DNA from: an archaeon
Lineage (GTDB): Archaea > Hydrothermarchaeota > Hydrothermarchaeia > Hydrothermarchaeales > BMS3B
Reading direction: 5' to 3'
DNA length: 64,000 nt
Assembly (NCBI GenBank): GCA_026989875.1
Contig: JALSIP010000051.1
Span: 1,161-65,160, forward strand
Shown: positions 34,133 to 45,289 of the stretch, piece after piece
Layout of the letters: each line of letters begins with the position of its first letter
How positions within the stretch are numbered: the first letter of the stretch is position 1
The notes under the pieces: model-generated
Databases searched by the model: none
Seen by the model: only the letters and a program-made list of their open reading frames with translations
Told to the model about the DNA's origin: nothing
Position numbers and translations under genes: made by a program

Positions 34133-36853
34133 CTACCCCTCCAGCGCCTCCCTCAGCCTTTTCTCCGCCAGCGCAATCGCCTCCTCCAGCCTGTCCCTGT
34201 TGCTTCCGGCGCCCTGTGCAAACTCCGCCCTGCCGCCTCCGCCTCCGCCGAGAAGAGAGCACACCTCCCGCACAATGCCGGATACATCCAGGCTGAGCTT
34301 CTCTCCTCTGATGCCGGCGACATAGATTTTATCCTCCACCCCAAACAGCACCACTGCACGCTTTGGTGAGGCAAGTGCCTGCGCAGCCTTAACCGTCTCC
34401 TCCATGGTGGCATTCATCTTAGCCACGAGGTACTCGCCCTTCGCCAGGCTCACCACCCGCCTCTCAAGCTCAGCCTTCCTCAGCTCCGCAATCTCTCCGC
34501 GGAGGCGCTCCACCTCCTTTCTCAGCGCCTTCCACTCCCTGAAGAACTTCTCAGCCGCTGCTGGAAGCTGCTCCGGCGAAACGCTCAGCTTTTCCGAAGC
34601 CAGCCTGAGCAGGCGCTCCCTCTCGCGGAGGTACTCAAAGGCAGCTCTGCCTGCGGCAAACTCTATCCTGACAACACCATCCTGAATCTTCGTTGAGCCA
34701 ATGAGCTTGATAAGCCTCGCCTCGCGGGTGTTCTTCAGGTGCGTGCCCCCGCAGGCTTCTGTATCCAGGTCGCCTATCCTCACCACCCTTATAATTTTTC
34801 CCGGCACCGCGCCGCCCTGGTAGAGGCGGAAACCATAGCGCCTCTCTGCGACGTTTCTCGGAAGAAGCATGCTCCTTACGGGGATAGCCCTCGCAACAGC
34901 CTCGTTGGCGAGCTCCTCAATTCGTGAAAGCTCATCCTCGCTCAGGCTCTCGTAGTGGGTGATGTCCAGCCTGGCTTTGCTCAGCGTCTTCTCTGCGCCA
35001 GCCTGCCACACGTGCTCACCCAGCAGCGTCCTCGCGGCGCCATTTATGATGTGCGTAGCCGTGTGGTGCTGTGCCAGCTGAATCCTGCGCTCCGCGTCTA
35101 TGCGGCACATCACGCTGCTCCCCTCCTGCGGCGGCTCGCCCGAGATGCGGTGGAACACTATGCTCCCCTGCCTGAACACGTCCACCACTCTCGCTCTGCC
35201 GAGATAGCCGCGGTCGCACTCCTGACCTCCGCCTGTGGGGTAGAAGGCGGTGCGATCAAGCACCACGTACTTACCCTCATACACGCGAAGCACCCGCGCC
35301 TCAAACTCCAGCAGGAGGTAGTCATCATAGTAAAGTAGCTCGGTTGCGGGCAAACCCGAGGTGTCAAACTCCTTGAACTTCTTAGCCTTGCCTTCTGCTC
35401 TGCTGCGCTCGTGCCGTTCGGCTAAGCGTATATAAAAGTCCTCCGGCACCTCCACTTCAAGCCCAGCCTCTGCAAGCATCTCCGGGCTTATCCCGTGGGA
35501 ATCATAAAGCTCTAAGAGCTTCTCCAACGTAATCTTCCTGCCCCTCAGTCTCACCACGATCTCCCTTGACCTTCGTTTCGTCTCTGCATACTTGCGCTCC
35601 TCTACTGCTAAGATTTTCTCCACATCCTCAAGATGCTCCATCAGCTCCGGATACTGGGGCTTTAAGTAAGCCGCGTGCCAGGCGCAAACCTCGGCTAAGC
35701 TAAGCTCCCATCCATGCCTTGAGATAAAGTCCAGGCTGCGCCTCACCAGAACTCGGAGGTTGTAGCCACCGCCCACGTTGCTCGGCAGGGCGCCGTCTGC
35801 AAGAGCCACGAGCAGGCTTCTCGCGTGGTCGGCAATGGAGTAGAGTGCAGCCAGGGGTAGCACTTTCTCCTTCAGCTCCTCCACCTCCACCCCAAGCCTG
35901 CTCGCCACCTCAGCCCAGGTTCTCTCAATATCTGAGCGCTCATCCACATTCAGCAGCCCGGAGTAGGGCAGGAAGCGCTGTATCAGCTCCCTGTCCGGCT
36001 TTATTCCAGTGCGGGAGTAGAGCTTCTCCACCACCTCTCCGAAAACCGCCTCGTAGCTCGTGCTCGTGGCGCAGGTGAACCAGGCGGGGCGCTCCTGTCC
36101 CATTCCCATGTCCAGCACCTTAATTCTGAGCTCCTTCAGCCCACCTGAGGTGATCTCGTACTGCATGTACACCTGGTTGCCTATCTCCAGCCCTCTGGAG
36201 AAGAACTCCATGCTCGGTCCCAGGTTGCCCCCGCCTGCCCAGGCATCCTCATGGAACTGAATCTCCTGCTTTGGAATCCCCATCCCCTGCGTCAGCCAGA
36301 GGTAGATGTGGTGCAGGTAGTCTTCGGGCGCATACCTCTCGGGAGGCTCAAAGGCGTGCTGACCTATCATCACAAAGCCTGTGTAGTGCCTGCCCGTGAT
36401 TCCAACGTTATCTATGTCGTTGAAGCGCACGCAGAACTGGGGCACAACTAAGGGGTTTGCAGGCGGCTCCACCTCGCCCTTCACCACATAGGGCTGGAAG
36501 TCGTAGATGCTCGCCTGCACAAAGTCGGTGTCGTCCCGCCATCGTGCCGCTATGGGGTAGCGCTTTATGGGTGTGTAGCCCAGCTTCTTGAAAAGCTTGG
36601 AGAACCTCCTCCAGACCTGAATGAAGTCCATCTTAACCTTGGCTGGAGTGTTGCCTATGAAGGTGTAACCCCCCGAGCATGAAGGCTCGCCGCACACCTC
36701 ACGCTGAGATGCGCTCCAGAAGTAGCTGCCGCAGCTTTTGCACTGCCTGCGCTCAAACCCCTCGCTTATGAGGGTCTGCACCGGGTAGTGCTTCTCCGGC
36801 TCCTCCTGCGCCTTCCTGCGGAACTCCTGCTTAATGCGCTTCTCATCCAGCAT
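34133..36853 (-). CDS. alaS: alanyl-tRNA synthetase
   Basis: 906 aa with class II AlaRS catalytic core, an editing domain (HTATHIINGA, CGGTH) and a C-terminal DHHA1-like domain. Confidence 0.9.
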   Translation of the reverse strand: MLDEKRIKQEFRRKAQEEPEKHYPVQTLISEGFERRQCKSCGSYFWSASQREVCGEPSCSGGYTFIGNTPAKVKMDFIQVWRRFSKLFKKLGYTPIKRYPIAARWRDDTDFVQASIYDFQPYVVKGEVEPPANPLVVPQFCVRFNDIDNVGITGRHYTGFVMIGQHAFEPPERYAPEDYLHHIYLWLTQGMGIPKQEIQFHEDAWAGGGNLGPSMEFFSRGLEIGNQVYMQYEITSGGLKELRIKVLDMGMGQERPAWFTCATSTSYEAVFGEVVEKLYSRTGIKPDRELIQRFLPYSGLLNVDERSDIERTWAEVASRLGVEVEELKEKVLPLAALYSIADHARSLLVALADGALPSNVGGGYNLRVLVRRSLDFISRHGWELSLAEVCAWHAAYLKPQYPELMEHLEDVEKILAVEERKYAETKRRSREIVVRLRGRKITLEKLLELYDSHGISPEMLAEAGLEVEVPEDFYIRLAERHERSRAEGKAKKFKEFDTSGLPATELLYYDDYLLLEFEARVLRVYEGKYVVLDRTAFYPTGGGQECDRGYLGRARVVDVFRQGSIVFHRISGEPPQEGSSVMCRIDAERRIQLAQHHTATHIINGAARTLLGEHVWQAGAEKTLSKARLDITHYESLSEDELSRIEELANEAVARAIPVRSMLLPRNVAERRYGFRLYQGGAVPGKIIRVVRIGDLDTEACGGTHLKNTREARLIKLIGSTKIQDGVVRIEFAAGRAAFEYLRERERLLRLASEKLSVSPEQLPAAAEKFFREWKALRKEVERLRGEIAELRKAELERRVVSLAKGEYLVAKMNATMEETVKAAQALASPKRAVVLFGVEDKIYVAGIRGEKLSLDVSGIVREVCSLLGGGGGGRAEFAQGAGSNRDRLEEAIALAEKRLREALEG

Positions 36854-36922
36854 GCCCTAAGCTCGCCACGGCAGGGTTAAAAAGTTAACGCTGGTATGCA
36901 GGTTAAAAGGCTATGGCGGGCG

Positions 36923-38299
36923 CTAAAGACCCGCCGCGCTCCTTACAGCCCAGAAAACCTGTGTGTTGTCCATGGTGCCTCCGAAGTGCTGTGCACCCGA
37001 GCCGGCTGCCTTGAGCACCACGTCCTCGCCGCTGTGGGTTTCGCTCTTCATGGGTATAGCTGCCTCCTGGTGGTAGTCCCTGCTTAGCACCTCGGCATCG
37101 CTCAGATTTGAGCGTCTCTCCGGTCTGTTCTTGCCTGTGGCGAAGGTGAGCACGGTGTAGGTGTTTCCATCCCTGTCCGTCATCAGCTGCCCGCTGGCGT
37201 CTCTGACGAGACCCAGAATGCTGGTGCCTCTTGCAGGATAGCCGTTGATGCTCAGCGTGTGCCCGTGGTCTGCGGTTACCACCACCAGGGTGTCCTGCAG
37301 GTCCACCATCTCCAGCACCTTCCTCACCGTCCTGTCAAACTCGGCAGTTTCCTCAAGCGCTCTCAGGGCATTGGTGGCGTGTAGCGCATGGTCTATGCGT
37401 CCGCCCTCCACCACCAGGAAGTAGCCGTTCCTGCACCTGTCGCTGTTCTCCAGCACCTCAATCGCCTTCTCTGTCATCTCCTCCAAGGAAGGCGCCTCGC
37501 CTCTGCCATCCACCAGGTAGGGCAGGTGGCTCATGGCGAAGAGTCCAAGAAGCTTATCCGTGTTCTCTGGCAGTGCTCTCAACTCCCAGGCGGTGCTGAC
37601 GTAGGTGTAGCCGGCTGCCTGCATCTCCTCAATCAGGTTCCTGCCGTCCTCACGTCTGCCGCCCAGCTCTACGGGCAGAAAGTGTCTTCTTCCGCCTCCC
37701 AGGATAACCTCCACACCATCCCCCAGGGCAGAGTTGTACTCTGAAGTGCCCGGCACGAGCTGCGCTGCTATCTGATTCTCCTTGTCCCTGTTGTCCGCAT
37801 GCGCATAGGCGGCTGCGGGAGTGGCGTGGGTAATCCTGGTGGTGGTGACCACGCCCGTGCACTTTCCCTCTGCCTCTGCAAGCTCAAGCAGCGTGGGAAC
37901 AGGTGTGCCGCTGGTGTAGGCGTCACCAGCCGTGGAGTCGCTGCGCACGGCGTCGGCGCTCAGCGAAATTATGCCGTTCTCCACCTTGGTGCCCGTCATG
38001 TAGGCGGTCATCGCAGCGGCGCTGTCGGTCACCATGTAGTTCTTGGAGTAGGTCTTCACCATGGCTGTGACAGGCATGCTGTCTATGGCAAGGGTGCCGT
38101 TCTCCCCTGCGTAGTAGATGCGAGCTGCGGTGAGCACGGGTATGCCCATGCCATCACCCACCAGAAACACCACATTCTTCGCACGTGCATCGTCATGCTT
38201 CTGCCAGCCTCCACTGGGCATGCCACTGTGCACCATCCCTGCCATCAAGAGCGCAAACACCAGAGCGAGTACGGTCATGGCTCTAATATTGCCCATTTC
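36923..38299 (-). CDS. phoA: alkaline phosphatase (secreted)
   Basis: VVFLVGDGMG ... DSAAAMTAYMTG (the active-site Ser region), with metal ligands (DHGHT, HATNA). A signal peptide lies after the Met at 38299. Confidence 0.85.
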   Translation of the reverse strand, partial: EMGNIRAMTVLALVFALLMAGMVHSGMPSGGWQKHDDARAKNVVFLVGDGMGIPVLTAARIYYAGENGTLAIDSMPVTAMVKTYSKNYMVTDSAAAMTAYMTGTKVENGIISLSADAVRSDSTAGDAYTSGTPVPTLLELAEAEGKCTGVVTTTRITHATPAAAYAHADNRDKENQIAAQLVPGTSEYNSALGDGVEVILGGGRRHFLPVELGGRREDGRNLIEEMQAAGYTYVSTAWELRALPENTDKLLGLFAMSHLPYLVDGRGEAPSLEEMTEKAIEVLENSDRCRNGYFLVVEGGRIDHALHATNALRALEETAEFDRTVRKVLEMVDLQDTLVVVTADHGHTLSINGYPARGTSILGLVRDASGQLMTDRDGNTYTVLTFATGKNRPERRSNLSDAEVLSRDYHQEAAIPMKSETHSGEDVVLKAAGSGAQHFGGTMDNTQVFWAVRSAAGL

Positions 38300-38474
38300 C
38301 GTCACCTCCACCCTGCTTCTTGCACATCTGCGGATAAAACTTGCCAAAATACTCCATATTCATCACCAAAATACAGATAGAATTAGAATGGCACTGAGTC
38401 TATATAGCAACCTCCGGGGTGGTCAGCCCGCCACAGCCTCCATGCGCAGGGGCTGCCTTCTCGGCGGGTGAGGC

Positions 38475-38486
38475 AAATATATTTTA
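38475..38486 (+). promoter_or_regulatory. putative TATA box for rpl10e
   Basis: aaatatatttta lies about 45 nt upstream of the ATG at 38531, with a GGAGGT SD 8 nt before the start. Confidence 0.35.
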
Positions 38487-38530
38487 CTACGGGAAGCTGG
38501 CACAAGATTGGAAAGCTGGAGGTTGTTGTC

Positions 38531-39046
38531 ATGGCAAAGCTCAAACCAGGCAGAATATACCGCATACCCAAGAAGCGTCTTTACACCCGGCGTGAGTACA
38601 TCTCAAGCCTTCCCAACCCCAAGATAACCATATTTGACATGGGCGACGCTGCAGGAAGGGACAGGTTTGAGTATGCCGTGTCCCTCTACGCAAAGGAGCT
38701 TGCCCAGGTGACCCACAATGCCCTTGAGGCTGGCAGGGTTGCAGCCAACCGTTATATAGCCAAGCGTGCCGGCAGGAGCGGCTTCTACATGAAGTTCAGG
38801 GTTTATCCGCATGTGGTGCTGCGGGAGAACAAGATGGCAACCGGTGCGGGCGCCGACAGGGTGAGCGACGGCATGCGCAGGGCTTTCGGCAAGCCAGTGG
38901 GTCTCGCGGCGGTGGTGAAGAAGGGGCAGAAGATAATAACCATATACACCACCGAGGCGCACGTTGAGAATGCCAAGGAGGCACTGCGCAGGGCGGCAAT
39001 GAAGTTCCCCATGCCCTGCGGAGTGCAGATTGAGAAGGTTAAGTAG
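38531..39046 (+). CDS. rpl10e: 50S ribosomal protein L10e (uL16)
   Basis: [10 protein letters not shown] ... [34 protein letters not shown] signature. Start at MAKLKPG. Confidence 0.9.
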   Translation: MAKLKPGRIYRIPKKRLYTRREYISSLPNPKITIFDMGDAAGRDRFEYAVSLYAKELAQVTHNALEAGRVAANRYIAKRAGRSGFYMKFRVYPHVVLRENKMATGAGADRVSDGMRRAFGKPVGLAAVVKKGQKIITIYTTEAHVENAKEALRRAAMKFPMPCGVQIEKVK

Positions 39047-39051
39047 AGCTG

Positions 39052-39711
39052 ATGCTGCTTCAGGAGTGGCTCAGGATATACCGTGAGATTTGCGAGGAGT
39101 TTGGATTCAGCGAGCAGCTGGACCGGGAGGCGGCGCTTCTGCTCAGGGAGCTGGTGAAACATCCCGCACCTGTGGAGCGGCTTGAGGCACTGATTTCCGG
39201 CAGGAGGGTGAACGTCTTCGGGGCGGGACCGAGCCTGGAGGCGCTTGAGGCGCTTCCCCCTGGCACCGCCATCGCCTGCGACGGAGCCACAAGCTTCCTG
39301 ATGGAGCGCTCCAAGGTGCCTGAAGTTATAGTCACGGACCTGGATGGCAGGGTGGAGGACGTGGTGAGAGCCAGCAGACTTGGCAGTGTGGTGGTTGTGC
39401 ACGCGCATGCCGACAACCTGGAGGCTCTCAGGAGGCATGTACCAGAGCTCAGAAACGTGGTGCCCACCACACAGACCGAGCCTCCGGAGGGGCTCTACAA
39501 CTTCGGCGGCTTCACCGATGGTGACAGGGCGGTGTTTCTGGCACATGAGCTCGGAGCAAGGGAGATAAACCTGTACGGCATGGACTTCGGCACCAGGGTG
39601 GGGAGGTACTCCTTTTCTGAGGCGAGTGAGAGAAAGCTCAGGAAGCTCCGCTGGGGGGAGAGGCTGGTGCGCATGCTTGAGGAGCGGGGAGCGAGGCTGA
39701 GGTGGTGCTGA
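39052..39711 (+). CDS. mptE: 6-hydroxymethyl-7,8-dihydropterin pyrophosphokinase MptE-like (DUF115), methanopterin/folate biosynthesis
   Basis: VFGAGPSL ... ACDGAT ... the DUF115/MptE family pattern. 219 aa. Confidence 0.65.
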   Translation: MLLQEWLRIYREICEEFGFSEQLDREAALLLRELVKHPAPVERLEALISGRRVNVFGAGPSLEALEALPPGTAIACDGATSFLMERSKVPEVIVTDLDGRVEDVVRASRLGSVVVVHAHADNLEALRRHVPELRNVVPTTQTEPPEGLYNFGGFTDGDRAVFLAHELGAREINLYGMDFGTRVGRYSFSEASERKLRKLRWGERLVRMLEERGARLRWC

Positions 39712-39713
39712 TG

Positions 39714-40271
39714 TACTTAGTTATAGCCAACAGGGGGCAGTACAACCACCGCATATACCGCACGCTTCGCTATCTTGACAGAGAGGTCAGGCTGGTGCAG
39801 AACACCCTGACCCCGGAGCAGGTGGAGGAGATGGAGCCAGCGGGTATAGTGGTGGGCGGCGGACCCTACCTGCAGGAGTCGGGAAACTCCGCAGACATAA
39901 TAGCACACTTAGCGGGGAAGGTCCCAATACTGGGAATCTGCCTGGGACACCAGCTCATCGCGCAGGTTTTCGGAGGCACGGTCAGGGAGGCGGAGGTGGG
40001 AGAGTATGCGGAGGAGCTGATAGTGGTTGATGAGGAGGACGAGATTCTTAAAGGGCTTGCACCCAGCTTCACCGCCTGGGTGTCCCACAGGGACGAGGTG
40101 GCAGAGCTGCCTCCGAAGTTCAGGAGGTTAGCCCACAGCGCGAGCTGCGAGATAGAGGCTATGGCTCACGAGAGTCTGCCGGTTTACGGGGTGCAGTTTC
40201 ACCCGGAGGTGGCGCACACACCGAGGGGGGCTGAGGTCTTCAGGAACTTCATAGAGGTGTGCGAGAGGTGA
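39714..40271 (+). CDS. guaA: GMP synthase, glutamine amidotransferase subunit A
   Basis: Class I GATase with ILGICLGHQL (catalytic Cys) and HPE. Stand-alone small subunit, typical of archaea. Confidence 0.85.
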   Translation, partial: YLVIANRGQYNHRIYRTLRYLDREVRLVQNTLTPEQVEEMEPAGIVVGGGPYLQESGNSADIIAHLAGKVPILGICLGHQLIAQVFGGTVREAEVGEYAEELIVVDEEDEILKGLAPSFTAWVSHRDEVAELPPKFRRLAHSASCEIEAMAHESLPVYGVQFHPEVAHTPRGAEVFRNFIEVCER

Positions 40272-41839
40272 GCCGCTGGAGGCTGGCTGACACAGGGCAC
40301 AGAAGCGCCGCCGAGAACATGGCGCTTGATGAAGCCATGCTCACCGCCAGAGCCGAGGGCGCCTCCATGGACACGCTGCGCTTCATGCAGTTTTCACCGC
40401 ACGCCGTGCTGGTGGGAGTGCACCAGAGCGTTGAGCTGGAGGTGCGGGAGGACTTCTGCAGGGAGGCGGGTATTGAGATAAACAGGAGAATCACAGGCGG
40501 CGGTGCGATTTACTTTGACGAGACCCAGCTCGGCTGGGAGGTGATCGCTGACAGGAGGAGCCTGAGGCTCCCGGGGAAGCCCGAGGAGCTGTACAGGGTG
40601 ATGTGTGGAGCTGTGGTGCACGCTCTGAGAGAGCTGGGGATAAATGCCAGCTTCAGACCCAGAAACGACATTGAGGTTGATGGCAGGAAAATCTCAGGCA
40701 CCGGCGGAACCTTTGAGGGGGATGCCTTTCTCTTTCAGGGCACGCTGCTCGTGGACTTTGACCCCGAGGTTATGCTGAGGGCTCTGCGCATACCCGCGGA
40801 GAAGCTGCAGAGCAAGGAGATTGAGTCGGTGAAGGAGCGTGTGACCTGCCTGAAGGAGCAGCTCGGCTACCTGCCGGAGCTCAGTGAGATAAAGGCGGCT
40901 CTGGTGGAGGGGTTTGAGAGGCAGTTCGGGATTGAGCTGGTGCCCGGAGAGCTGACAGAAAGGGAGGAGGAGCTGTTCAGGGAGCTTCTCCCCAGGTTCA
41001 GGTCTGAGGAGTGGATTTACGGGGTGAGAAAGCCCCCGGAGCATAGAGCTGTGCTTCAGGCTGTGAGGAGATGCGATGGCGGGGTGGTAAGAGCCCAGCT
41101 CGTGGTAGATGTGCCGGCTAAGAGGGTGCAGTACGCTTTCATAACCGGCGACTTTTATGCCTTCCCCAGAAGGGCAATCGCAGATCTGGAGGCTAAGCTC
41201 AGGGATGTTGAGGCTGTGCCGGAGAAGCTCGCTGAGGTGGTGCGCAGGTTTTTCCAGGAAAGCGGCGCAGAGGTCCCTGGAGTGGGATGGCGGGGCATAG
41301 CGGAGGCTGTGGCGGCGGCGGTTCAGAAGCTTGAGCTGCTGGAGCATGGGCTGAGAATTGAGGACACCTCCGAGGTGTTCACGGTGCTGGGAAGCTTCGC
41401 GGAGATACCGGAGGCTGAGGTGCTCCTCCTGCCCTACTGCGCAAAGCCCGGATGGTGCGAGTACAGGTACAGGGAGGACTGCGGCAGGTGCGGCAGATGC
41501 AGCGTCGGCAGAGCCTACGAGATTGCGGAGAGGCTGGGAATGAGGGTGATTACCATAACAAACTACGAGCATCTGGAGGAGACGCTGCACAGCCTCAGAA
41601 GGAAGGGCGTCAGGGCGTTCCTGGGGTCGTGCTGCGAGAGCTTCTATGTGAAGCACCAGCAGGACTTTGAGAGATGCGGGGTCAGAGGGGTGCTGGTTGA
41701 TATCCAGAAGACCACCTGCTATGACCTGGGAAGGGTGAGGGAGGCGAAGGCAGGAAGATTCACCGGAGAAACCGAGCTCAACCTGAACCTGCTTGAAAGG
41801 GTGCTCAGGCTGAAGGCACGGCAGAGCGAATCGCCTTGA
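40259..41839 (+). CDS. lplA: lipoate-protein ligase A (N- and C-terminal LplA domains) fused to a C-terminal Cys-rich DUF116-like domain
   Basis: aa 1-340 are LplA-like (RFMQFSPHAVLVGVHQ, GGGAIYFDE, KISGTGG, C-domain GDFYAFP). aa 340-526 carry YCAKPGWCEY..DCGRCGRCSVG ... GSCCESFY, which is DUF116-like. Confidence 0.7.
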   Translation: MREVSRWRLADTGHRSAAENMALDEAMLTARAEGASMDTLRFMQFSPHAVLVGVHQSVELEVREDFCREAGIEINRRITGGGAIYFDETQLGWEVIADRRSLRLPGKPEELYRVMCGAVVHALRELGINASFRPRNDIEVDGRKISGTGGTFEGDAFLFQGTLLVDFDPEVMLRALRIPAEKLQSKEIESVKERVTCLKEQLGYLPELSEIKAALVEGFERQFGIELVPGELTEREEELFRELLPRFRSEEWIYGVRKPPEHRAVLQAVRRCDGGVVRAQLVVDVPAKRVQYAFITGDFYAFPRRAIADLEAKLRDVEAVPEKLAEVVRRFFQESGAEVPGVGWRGIAEAVAAAVQKLELLEHGLRIEDTSEVFTVLGSFAEIPEAEVLLLPYCAKPGWCEYRYREDCGRCGRCSVGRAYEIAERLGMRVITITNYEHLEETLHSLRRKGVRAFLGSCCESFYVKHQQDFERCGVRGVLVDIQKTTCYDLGRVREAKAGRFTGETELNLNLLERVLRLKARQSESP

Positions 41840-42836
41840 CGCACCTGCTCAGCACCAGCTTTGCAGCCTCCTGGGAGGGCCAGCTCCCAAGCCCGCAGTC
41901 GGGTCCTGCAAAGCTCATGCGCTCACCGAACCTTTCGGCAAGCCTCCTGTAAAGCTTCCTGATGTCTTCTTCGCTGTCGGCAAGCTGCTCGGGGGCGGGG
42001 TTTCTTATACCCCTCTGCGCAAGCTCGCCGAGCTTGCGGTCTATGCTGGTGCTCGCCACACCGCCCCTTATGAACCTGTCGTGGGCTTCAAGCTCCTGCC
42101 TGGTTATTAGCTCAATGTTCTCGGGAGAGGAGGCGAATTCGGCGGTTATGACATCCACACCCTCAGCCTGCAGCGGATATTCGGCTGCTTTAAGGGCGTG
42201 CAGGTGAATCTGAACTGTGGCATCAACGCCGCGCACGCTCCTCTCCAGCGCTTTTATTATGCCCTCGGAGTCTATGTTTACCAGGTCAACGTAGCCCAAG
42301 CTGGGCTCGTCTATGCTCACAACCTCGGTGCGAAGGTGCTCCTTTCTGATGATGGAGTTCCTGAGGAAGGCTCGCACGCTCTCTGCCAGATTTAAAAGCA
42401 CCTCCTCGTAGATGTTGAAGCCGAAGGGCGTCTTCAGGTAGAGCTCTATGGCGCCAGTAACGCACACCCTGAGACGCAGCCTCTCCCCGGTCTCCTCGTA
42501 CCGCCGCCTCGCAACGCGCTCCACCGCGTACAGCTCGGGTATCACGGCGTACTTTTCCTGAATCAGGTAGGGCTCACGCGGGTGAGCCTCTATGGGCTGG
42601 AGGAACTGACGGTGCATGTCCTGATGCTGGGGGTAGGTTACAATGTCTATGCCGGTCTCAATTTTTGCCAGCAGAGAACTCTCAACAACCCTGCAGAACT
42701 GCTCAAGCTCAGGAAGCTCCTCAAGCCTCCTGCCCTCGGCAAAGGCTTTCTGGGCTTCCGGGTAGAGGGCTGCAAACTCATCCTTGGTGACCCCGTCTGG
42801 CAGTGGAAAACTGCCTATGTCGTCTATCAGAACCAT
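41805..42836 (-). CDS. metE: cobalamin-independent methionine synthase, short archaeal form (MetE C-terminal-domain-like)
   Basis: PF01717-like: IGSFP, IDEPSLG and Zn ligand motifs (H..C...E, GPDCGLG). 343 aa. Confidence 0.75.
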   Translation of the reverse strand: MVLIDDIGSFPLPDGVTKDEFAALYPEAQKAFAEGRRLEELPELEQFCRVVESSLLAKIETGIDIVTYPQHQDMHRQFLQPIEAHPREPYLIQEKYAVIPELYAVERVARRRYEETGERLRLRVCVTGAIELYLKTPFGFNIYEEVLLNLAESVRAFLRNSIIRKEHLRTEVVSIDEPSLGYVDLVNIDSEGIIKALERSVRGVDATVQIHLHALKAAEYPLQAEGVDVITAEFASSPENIELITRQELEAHDRFIRGGVASTSIDRKLGELAQRGIRNPAPEQLADSEEDIRKLYRRLAERFGERMSFAGPDCGLGSWPSQEAAKLVLSRCVKAIRSAVPSA

Positions 42837-42908
42837 GTAAACTACTGTAGCTTCTTGGGTTATAAATTTTCTGCAGTGTCATTTGATGCTGGCAGGCTGT
42901 AGCCCCCG

Positions 42909-45077
<2,169 letters not shown>

Positions 45078-45289
45078 TCAGTTTTCAATGGGTGACACTC
45101 TTATAAAAAGGTTGCTACGCCTGCGGGATGGTTTAGCAAAGTGTGTGCTGAAGGTACAGGGCGCAGGAAGGAAATACTTAAAGCGATTGATTTGTTAAGC
45201 TTGGCTGACAGCGTCGCACAGTCATCCCAACCTTTAAATACTCCTGCGGGCAGAGGTAATGGAAGATAAGCGAGGATGAAGGGGAGTGA

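Noticed and set aside
34133-34413. 86-aa minus-strand ORF overlapping the alaS 3' end
   Set aside because: It is an alternative frame of alaS, which has a complete conserved domain structure.
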